From the NCBI GenBank assembly GCA_900316165.1, contig ONBW01000008.1, positions 2,135-66,134 on the forward strand: 64,000 bases of DNA. The letters run 5' to 3'. Source of the DNA: an uncultured Lachnospiraceae bacterium (GTDB lineage Bacteria > Bacillota > Clostridia > Lachnospirales > Lachnospiraceae). Below the pieces are notes generated by a model. The model was not told where the DNA came from. It was given only the letters and a program-made list of their open reading frames with translations, and did not search any database. The position numbers and the translations under genes are program-made. Positions 58,301 through 64,000 of the stretch are shown piece after piece; the first letter of the stretch is position 1; the number at the start of each line of letters is the position of its first letter.

Positions 58301-59027
58301 TTTTTACAGACTAAAGCTTAAGGAGACTGAGGTAATACAGTACAAAGGCGAAAAAAATGCGCTTGAGCTTTTGACAGATTACTGCAGAGACTGCATTTTG
58401 TTTTATAGTACAATCTATACGAAAGAGCAGTTTGAAGAGGATTCCTCACTGTCGCTTCTTCCTTCTCAGGGAATTTTTGCAGCCAGGTTTTTAGAGGCTT
58501 TGGGAGATAAAAGTTCTTCCAAAAAAGAGAAGAAGATAGAAAAATGTATAGGTATTTATGAGCCTTTTGATTCAGTTATTAGGGAATATCTGAAAACAGA
58601 AGAGGAATCCAAGAAAAAAATAGCCTTTATTTTTTATCAATCATCTGAATGGAAGTCAATCGAACCTTTGTGGAATGTAGTGGATAAAGAAACAGACTTT
58701 ATTTCTATAGTACTTCCAATACCATACTATGAAAAAAATACAGATGGTACACTCGGAGAATACCACTTTGAGAGAGAAAATCTGCCTGATGAAATCAATA
58801 GTTCATACTTTGCAGATGTGGACTTGGCAGAGCTTAACCCTGATGTGATTTTTATCTTCGACCAGATGGATGGAGGAAACCCTACTGCGGCAGTTCCAGC
58901 GCAGTATTATGCGACTGAGCTTCAGAAATATACGAAAATGCTGATCTTCGTACCAAAGGAAGTGCTTGCAAAAGAGGGTATGGCTGAGAAGATTTTTACT
59001 CAGGTTAAGGAACAATTGAAAAAATAA
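55389..59027 (+). CDS. 1212-aa multidomain enzyme: GT2 glycosyltransferase, class I SAM methyltransferase, a second GT2 glycosyltransferase, a long helical (TPR-like) region and an alpha/beta C-terminal domain
   Basis: GT2-1 is SIVILSFNTLDYT..VVVDNASSDGS..LLNSDT (about aa 62-275). The methyltransferase is VLELGCGIGSTAAF (about aa 320-420). GT2-2 is LSISMLCNG..VIVDTGCDD..SVDDDEWF (about aa 424-590). The preferred start is the ATG at 55389, 8 nt after AAGGA. The tracker start at 55305 would run through the terminator hairpin and overlap ylxF. Confidence 0.75.
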   Translation: MDKATDFISLSEKYDDKNKKQELICLYQAAFYAQKHKDTFLLNSINNKISEICAEGYDVPGTSIVILSFNTLDYTKQCLESVKETVPLDRCQIVVVDNASSDGSVEYLRTLDWITLVENKENRGFPSGCNDGINMSSPENDIYLLNSDTILTKNALFWLKMGLYSSEKVGSCGSISNYAAGGQAVYKNWKSVDDMVSFAEKTNVEIENPYEYRMFLIGFSLLLKRNVLDKIGLLDERFNPGNSEDIDICLRVLKNGNVNLLCRNSFVIHFGSRSFEKLQKQGENYGNLLEKNTKKLNEKLGFDIWTALNDVKRHALMQAKSYHKRTLNVLELGCGIGSTAAFLKTDFPTAVYTGIEKNSRYASFAGAFGNIITGSYMDINPDDYFSKSQFDLIIFSDSNEKDIEKKYSPYLKKDGHFFNDKSRPVLSISMLCNGAHKEETKKCLEALMTIKNRLSSELVIVDTGCDDEMKNLISSYADKVVPFKWCDDFAKARNAGLKECHGEWFMSVDDDEWFENTDELVDFFISGKYKNYKQAAYIVRNYLDMDGRNYDDFWVGRMTKMMPETHYIGLIHEYLTPLIGDCAMIHSYEHHYGYVYKDMREHMAKARRNIKPLIRMIKEDPTNLHWCSQLVQEYMACRLDSNLYSFCGQVLEKIDKIDDPEINRVRADFYCGRLVASNGLYDYDGTIKDFNIFRKDRRNNEICMANLYFLVVIAYFQQKDFSHVINYGHKYLDIYEKWKDYDDLSERLNSVGSLTTKYIFGKKKIITLVGLVISAGIEEKETDDLFRYFDILSDLYSDGSQYEFTWGETINAISEFEYDDRFVEIADKLLSYDKVMVEVTARAKEIENANEDEEKIKKLIRVFGQTKNGRNYYLDYMRFMYEAEFGNDSTKLSEKFKTLILMTNDFLNHDKKLWETAERKSIDIAEVFKKIPFKKWYRVVNEYFDRHDEKQTEPVRRLMSHLSSDEDQRFVFYRLKLKETEVIQYKGEKNALELLTDYCRDCILFYSTIYTKEQFEEDSSLSLLPSQGIFAARFLEALGDKSSSKKEKKIEKCIGIYEPFDSVIREYLKTEEESKKKIAFIFYQSSEWKSIEPLWNVVDKETDFISIVLPIPYYEKNTDGTLGEYHFERENLPDEINSSYFADVDLAELNPDVIFIFDQMDGGNPTAAVPAQYYATELQKYTKMLIFVPKEVLAKEGMAEKIFTQVKEQLKK

Positions 59028-59030
59028 AAG

Positions 59031-59052
59031 ATTGTTTTTTGCAAAAAACAAT
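59031..59052. repeat. Perfect 22-nt palindrome ATTGTTTTTTGCAAAAAACAAT
   Basis: Read directly from the sequence. It lies 4 nt after the glycosyltransferase stop and 11 nt upstream of the -35 element of the sigma-D-like promoter. No U-run follows it (the next bases are GGCGGGGG). Confidence 0.8.
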
Positions 59053-59062
59053 GGCGGGGGAT

Positions 59063-59087
59063 TAAAATATTAATTCCCTGCCGATAC
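59063..59087 (+). promoter_or_regulatory. Sigma-D / sigma-28-type promoter candidate upstream of fliK
   Basis: TAAA (59063-59066), 13 nt, then GCCGATAC (59080-59087). The consensus is TAAA-N14-16-GCCGATAT. The -10 element is nearly perfect, and the spacer is 1-2 nt short. Confidence 0.5.
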
Positions 59088-59136
59088 AATAAATGGAACA
59101 TATTAACCAAGCACGATCTTTCAGAAAGGAAGGCCT

Positions 59137-60855
59137 ATGAAAACAGAGGGAATCATGTCCTCTGTACAGAATGGTCAGGTCGTGAAGAAGCAGCGAAGCG
59201 CGAGGACAAATGCCCCGAATGATTTCGACTTTATGTCGGTAATGAACACAGTTTCATTAAGTGACATATCGACAGGGACAGGAAGCTCTTACAATTCGTC
59301 TTCAAAGGCAGTAAATACCAGAACAGAAGCTGCACCTAAGACAGCAGATTCTGTTTCAGAGAGAAAAGAAGTATCGGTTTATTCTTCAACAAAGAATGCT
59401 TCTTACTCAAAGGTTATTGATACTGCAAAGACCACGACAGCCACAAAGACAGACGGACAGAAGACAGCTCAGAAGGATACTGCAAAGACAGATACTTCGG
59501 ACAAAACAGCGGATACCAAAAAGACCGCAGACAAGACTTCGTCAGCAAAGACTGATGATGATAAGACATCATCTGTTAAAACTGATGACAGGGATGACAA
59601 GACACAGGTAGAGGATAAGGACACCAAGACAGCTGGACCGGAAACGGAAGATGACAAGGTGGAGAGACCTGAGGCCGTGAATGACCTCATCTCGGATATT
59701 CTGAATACCATTTCTAAGGACTTAGGCGTAAGTGAGGAAGACATCACAGACGCGATGGATACACTTGGCTTAAGCTTCGCAGATCTTAGTATCCCTTCAA
59801 ACACAGCAGAACTTTATACGGAGCTGACTGGTTCTGATTCAGGCAGTCTGCTTACATCGGATAATTTTATGTCACTGCTCGATGACCTGCAGGATATTTT
59901 TTCGGGTGTTGATGACGACCTTATGAGTCAGCTGACTCCAGTTACAGATGAGGAAGCAGCGAATTTATCTGATCTGTTATCGGGACAGCAGCCAACAGAT
60001 GAGACAGTTGACCAGACAGAGGTTACAGTAGTTAGTGTTACGACTGAGGAGACGACTGTTACGGTTTCAGCTGAGACTGAGACTGTTTCGACTGTTGATT
60101 CTGCCAGTCAGTCACAGACGACTGATACTTCGTCAGATCAGACAGTAAATGGCACTATAACAAATGCCACTCAGCAGGCTGCTTCTACAGAGCAGGATAC
60201 GGCTGATAATTCGTCTGATATGTTTGGAAAAGGCGATGGACAGAAGTCTACAGCTGACCAGGTAAATGTTAACGCAGCGACTGCGGGGAATGCTCAGGCT
60301 TCAACTGAAACAGCAGTTACTGATTTTGTCTCGACTATTCAGAAGTACACAGACATAAATACTGATGATCTGATCTCTCAGATAGTTGACAAAGCAAAGC
60401 AGACTCTTTCTTCAAGGGTTTCAAGTCTTGAGATGGAGCTTCACCCGCAGAGTCTTGGAAAGATTTTTCTTCAGGTGACTGAGAAGAGCGGAGATGTAAC
60501 TGCTCATCTGTATGCGCAGAATGAGGCTGTAAAGCATGCACTTGAAAACAGACTCGCTGATCTGACAGAAGACCTGAACAGACAGGGCGTAAGAGTAAAC
60601 GAAGTTACGATTTCTGTAGAGCCACATGCATTTGATGAGAACCTCGAGAAGAACATGTCAAACCAGTTTGGTAATAATCCAAACAGCGGGACACAGAGCG
60701 GAACCTTTGAAGGGGAGTCCTCATCAAGAGGAAGCAGAAGCCGTTCGACTATTGATTTAAGGAACGGAGCCTTATCAGATGATATGACTTCTGATGAAGT
60801 ACTTGAAGCTTCTATCATGCAGGATAATGGAAATACAGTTAGTTATAGGATTTAG
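59137..60855 (+). CDS. fliK: Flagellar hook-length control protein FliK
   Basis: C-terminal Flg_hook-type domain LEMELHPQSLGKIFLQVTEKSGDVTAHLYAQNEAVKHALENRLADLTEDLNRQGV. The N-terminal and middle regions are long, low-complexity and rich in Thr, Lys and Asp. The start could be 59137 or 59155. Confidence 0.8.
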   Translation: MKTEGIMSSVQNGQVVKKQRSARTNAPNDFDFMSVMNTVSLSDISTGTGSSYNSSSKAVNTRTEAAPKTADSVSERKEVSVYSSTKNASYSKVIDTAKTTTATKTDGQKTAQKDTAKTDTSDKTADTKKTADKTSSAKTDDDKTSSVKTDDRDDKTQVEDKDTKTAGPETEDDKVERPEAVNDLISDILNTISKDLGVSEEDITDAMDTLGLSFADLSIPSNTAELYTELTGSDSGSLLTSDNFMSLLDDLQDIFSGVDDDLMSQLTPVTDEEAANLSDLLSGQQPTDETVDQTEVTVVSVTTEETTVTVSAETETVSTVDSASQSQTTDTSSDQTVNGTITNATQQAASTEQDTADNSSDMFGKGDGQKSTADQVNVNAATAGNAQASTETAVTDFVSTIQKYTDINTDDLISQIVDKAKQTLSSRVSSLEMELHPQSLGKIFLQVTEKSGDVTAHLYAQNEAVKHALENRLADLTEDLNRQGVRVNEVTISVEPHAFDENLEKNMSNQFGNNPNSGTQSGTFEGESSSRGSRSRSTIDLRNGALSDDMTSDEVLEASIMQDNGNTVSYRI

Positions 60856-60868
60856 GAGGTAACGCCTT

Positions 60869-62752
60869 ATGATGCGTTCACTTTTTTCCGGCGTAGCCGG
60901 ACTGAAGACCCATCAGCAGAAGATGGATGTCATCGGTAATAATATCGCAAACGTAAACACTACAGCATTCAAATCTACATCAACAACCTTCCAGGATGTT
61001 ATGTATCAGACGATGTCGAATGCCAGTGGTGGTACTTCTACAAGAGGTGGTGTAAACGCAAGACAGATTGGTCTTGGTGTTACAACAGCTGCCAATAAGA
61101 TTTCTATCTCAACACAGGGTTCTTCTGAGGCTACAGGCGACGGACTTGATCTCCGCCTTGTAGATGCCCAGTCTACGAACTTCTTTATAGTAAGTGACGG
61201 TACTCAGAACCTCTTTACCCGTGCTGGTTCGTTCTATGTAGATGGAAACGGAAATCTGGCTATGACCTCTACAGGTTATCTCGTACAGGGCTGGCAGGTA
61301 GATCCTGAGACAAAGGCTATAAAGAGAGATACTGTATCAGCATTAAAGGTTATGAGCGATACAAATAAGACATCTAATCCTGAGACTACAACACAGGCGA
61401 AGGCAACAGGAATCATTGATTCTAATGACCCAAATGTTACTTCTACTTCAGGACATGTTATGAGTCTTACTTTCTATGATAATCTGGGATATGCTTATAC
61501 AGCAAAGTTTGCTGTAAAGTCAGGTCAGGACAGAGACGAGAGTGGTAATTCTATTTCTGTAGGGAGTAAAACAAAAAAAGCTTATAACGGATTTACCATT
61601 GAACTTGAATCCATTACGTCGGATTCACAGACAGATTCAGAGGGAAATCCTATTGATATCCTGGATCAGTATATACAGAAGAATCTTTCATCTGCATCAG
61701 GAACTTCAAATGAGGACAAAATTAGGAATCTTAAATCAAAAATCTTTGGTGATGCAGGCGGAAAGTCAATTGATACTTTTAAGATTGATGCTTCACAGTA
61801 TACAATAGAAACTATAAGCGGTATAGATTACATAACCAAGGGCTCAGGTTCTAACAAGACCTATGCTTTAGTTAGCAGTGTAATTAGTTCTATCAATACA
61901 TCAGGACCTGAGGCTTCAATTACATTTTCAACTAGTACACAGGCTGGTTCTGCTTCAGGTACTCCTGTTCTGGCATCAAAGATTTTCTCAGGCCTTTCTA
62001 ACGCTGTAAAGAATTATATGACGGCTTCAGGTACAGACACAGTATTTGATAAATCAGCAAATGGATTTGATGCCTCGTTTGATAAGAATACTCAGTCACT
62101 TAAAATCGGAACGAGCGCAGCGACATATGATTTGTTCTTTAAAAGCTCAGATGGTACTTTTAGTGATTTGGATGTAAGAAAATCTGCGACTGCTACAGAT
62201 GGAACAGTGTCTTTTACCAATAAAGGAACCTCTGTTACCTTTAATGTTGGAGAATTAGGAGAACAGTTTGATAAGGATGGCATTAATATCGATTTCTCAA
62301 CCCTCTTAAACTACGACAACGGTGGCAGTTCTACCGCAGGTCTCGACCGAGGTACTGTGGCTGATGCTTCAGATGGAGCTGGTAAGAAGATCGGCCAGAT
62401 GACGGGACTTACGATTCAGGATGATGGTCAGATTTATGCTTCGTATTCAAATGGTAATACAGAGCTCCTGGGACAGATACCTGTTGCCAGATTTGCCAAT
62501 GCGTCAGGTCTTGAGAGCGTCGGAAGCAACTGCTACAAGACAACACTCAACTCTGGTTCTTTCGATGGTATCGGTCAGGATATTTCATCCGATGGATCAA
62601 AGATGAACTCAGGATACCTCGAGATGAGTAACGTAGACCTAGCTCAGGAATTCACTCAGATGATCACTACTCAGCGTGGTTTCCAGGCAAACAGCCGAAT
62701 CATCACAGTATCAGATACAATGCTTGAAGAACTTACAAATCTGAAGAGATGA
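60869..62752 (+). CDS. flgE: Flagellar hook protein FlgE (long form, 627 aa)
   Basis: N-terminus MRSLFSGVAGLKTHQQKMDVIGNNIANVNTTAFK and C-terminus GYLEMSNVDLAQEFTQMITTQRGFQANSRIITVSDTMLEEL. A large Ser/Thr-rich central insertion is present. Confidence 0.88.
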   Translation: MMRSLFSGVAGLKTHQQKMDVIGNNIANVNTTAFKSTSTTFQDVMYQTMSNASGGTSTRGGVNARQIGLGVTTAANKISISTQGSSEATGDGLDLRLVDAQSTNFFIVSDGTQNLFTRAGSFYVDGNGNLAMTSTGYLVQGWQVDPETKAIKRDTVSALKVMSDTNKTSNPETTTQAKATGIIDSNDPNVTSTSGHVMSLTFYDNLGYAYTAKFAVKSGQDRDESGNSISVGSKTKKAYNGFTIELESITSDSQTDSEGNPIDILDQYIQKNLSSASGTSNEDKIRNLKSKIFGDAGGKSIDTFKIDASQYTIETISGIDYITKGSGSNKTYALVSSVISSINTSGPEASITFSTSTQAGSASGTPVLASKIFSGLSNAVKNYMTASGTDTVFDKSANGFDASFDKNTQSLKIGTSAATYDLFFKSSDGTFSDLDVRKSATATDGTVSFTNKGTSVTFNVGELGEQFDKDGINIDFSTLLNYDNGGSSTAGLDRGTVADASDGAGKKIGQMTGLTIQDDGQIYASYSNGNTELLGQIPVARFANASGLESVGSNCYKTTLNSGSFDGIGQDISSDGSKMNSGYLEMSNVDLAQEFTQMITTQRGFQANSRIITVSDTMLEELTNLKR

Positions 62753-62895
62753 CCGAAAGCTTCGTGATGAGAGCAAGCGCAGCGTAGCTCGAATCCGAAG
62801 CGAGGTCGTTCTTCGAGATTTGCGAAAACGAGCGAAGCGAAGTTTGAGCTTAGCGAGAAGAACTTCATTAATATTTTTGGAAGGAGGTGTGCTTC

Positions 62896-63288
62896 ATGAA
62901 CGGAATAAAGGGATTTACTTCTATAGAGCAGATCCGTGACACATACGGAATCGATACGCCTAAGAAGACAAATAAAGACACGGAGGTCAACAGTTTCCAG
63001 TCTGTTCTCGAAAAGGCCGCAAGCCAGGAGACAGACGGGCTCCGTTTCTCAAAACACGCCTCCGAAAGGCTGGCCCAGAGAGATATAAGTCTCTCAGCAG
63101 AGCAGACCGGTCGGCTTTCGGATGGATTAAAAAAGGCGGAAGAGAAGGATATCAAGAATTCACTTGTTCTTATGGATTCACTCGCTTTTATCGTAAACGT
63201 TCCTTCACAGACTGTTATCACTGCCTTAGACAGTAATGAGTCAAAGGAGAAAGCATTTACGAATATCGATGGCGCTGTGATCGTCTGA
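62896..63288 (+). CDS. Small flagellar operon protein (TIGR02530-like)
   Basis: About 130 aa with the motif RFSKHASERLAQRDISLS...LVLMDSLAFIVNVPSQTVITA, which I recall from the flagellar-operon small-protein family. GGAAGGAGG lies 8 nt upstream of the ATG at 62896. Confidence 0.6.
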   Translation: MNGIKGFTSIEQIRDTYGIDTPKKTNKDTEVNSFQSVLEKAASQETDGLRFSKHASERLAQRDISLSAEQTGRLSDGLKKAEEKDIKNSLVLMDSLAFIVNVPSQTVITALDSNESKEKAFTNIDGAVIV

Positions 63289-63324
63289 ACAGGTTACGTT
63301 TTATTTTTACAAGGAGACGGGTAA

Positions 63325-64000
63325 ATGGCAGTTACAACACAGATAATCAATGGAGCGGTAACCGGTAACAAGTCTGTAGCCAATGTAGAGAGTCAGTCTG
63401 CTGAGGAAAATTCAAAAACAGAGAAGTCCACATCTAAGACACAGCAGACAAAGGATATGTTCATGAAGCTCCTGGTGGCTCAGATGAAATACCAGAACCC
63501 ACTTGAGCCTACAGATAATACAGAGTATTTAAAGGAGATGGCGTCCTTCACACAGGTAGAGGCTATTGAGGATATGTCATCTTCCTTTGAAAAAATGAGC
63601 GGTAATTCTCTTGTTGGTTCTATAGCCACAGCAACTGATGACAATGGTGTAGAGCATACTGGAAAAGTAGAGTATACTTTTAAAAAGGATGGTTCTACCT
63701 GGTTACACATCGGTGACGATGATTATTCACTTGATAATGTAACAGGTGTAAAGGACAGCGACTACTATACAGCAAGTACTATAAAGGACACTCTGCAGAA
63801 TGAGCTGGCAAAGCTTCCTTCTGCAAGCCAGCTGACAAAGTCGGATACTTCAAAAGTCTATGATATCCAGAAGGTATACAATTCGCTGACCTCTTATCAG
63901 CAGTCGTTTATACCAAACTCAATGGTTCAGACTATTGAGGCACTTGTAAGCCGTGCTGATGAACTCACAGGAAAGAACGATACAAAAACAAGTACTGCGA
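63325..64000 (+). CDS. flgD: Flagellar hook capping/assembly protein FlgD, 3'-truncated by the window edge
   Basis: This ORF is not in the supplied track because it has no stop inside the window. I translated it by hand from the ATG at 63325 (RBS AAGGAGA). It gives MAVTTQIING...DMFMKLLVAQMKYQNPLEPTDNTEYLKEMASFTQVE, the FlgD N-terminal signature. The frame stays open to nt 64000. Confidence 0.85.
   Translation, partial: MAVTTQIINGAVTGNKSVANVESQSAEENSKTEKSTSKTQQTKDMFMKLLVAQMKYQNPLEPTDNTEYLKEMASFTQVEAIEDMSSSFEKMSGNSLVGSIATATDDNGVEHTGKVEYTFKKDGSTWLHIGDDDYSLDNVTGVKDSDYYTASTIKDTLQNELAKLPSASQLTKSDTSKVYDIQKVYNSLTSYQQSFIPNSMVQTIEALVSRADELTGKNDTKTSTA

Noticed and set aside
62671-63221. Minus-strand ORFs of 65 aa and 117 aa covering the flgE end, the spacer and the small flagellar gene.
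   Set aside because: They are antisense to supported genes, have no RBS and have biased composition. The spacer signal is better described as a non-coding feature.
1-64000. A search for tRNA or rRNA genes, CRISPR arrays, transposases, integrases, phage genes and toxin-antitoxin or defence-system hallmarks.
   Set aside because: No intergenic region longer than about 210 nt exists, and none shows a tRNA cloverleaf or regular repeat-spacer structure. No ORF has recombinase, nuclease-defence or phage structural signatures. The UvrD-like helicase at 37638 has ordinary housekeeping motifs and no partner nuclease.

Overview
This is a densely coded chromosomal window of about 55 genes, mostly on the + strand, from a low-GC flagellated Firmicute. 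Gene content and synteny look like Clostridia/Lachnospiraceae, but that assignment is inference only. I found no rRNA, tRNA, CRISPR array, transposase or integrase.

Left to right the window contains:
- a 5'-truncated modular GH26 mannanase;
- thiE, a MATE exporter and a CDF transporter;
- thiI plus a cysteine desulfurase, a Nudix hydrolase and prmA;
- a GlnPQ-type ABC importer, an HPr-like gene and mtaB;
- ireB-ruvX-DUF1292, RNase J, trmR plus a U32 peptidase;
- aroC, tgt, yajC, asnB and a type III glutamine synthetase;
- a THF riboswitch with folT, and an aminotransferase;
- a UvrD-family helicase and a GlgX-like GH13 protein;
- dprA and comM on the minus strand, then topA and codY;
- a fla/che-type flagellar operon running flgB to flgD, which leaves the window at the right edge.

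The items most worth a second look are:
1. A tightly coupled four-ORF cassette of uncharacterised proteins (29.3-36.2 kb): a 1139-aa helical-repeat giant, a degenerate Hsp70-like protein, a TPR-like protein and a two-TM coiled-coil protein. The last ORF runs in frame, with no stop codon, into glutamyl-tRNA synthetase.
2. An AT-rich 3.6-kb gene for a GT2-methyltransferase-GT2-helical multidomain enzyme. It sits inside the flagellar operon between ylxF and fliK, preceded by a strong terminator hairpin and followed by a palindrome and a sigma-D/sigma-28-like promoter.
3. comM split by a frameshift at an A7 tract, where a -1 slip restores the full-length protein.
4. A GlgX-like protein with substitutions at the GH13 catalytic positions.
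5. A terminator-type hairpin between every visible promoter and asnB.

All functional calls come from reading the translated motifs. No database search was run.
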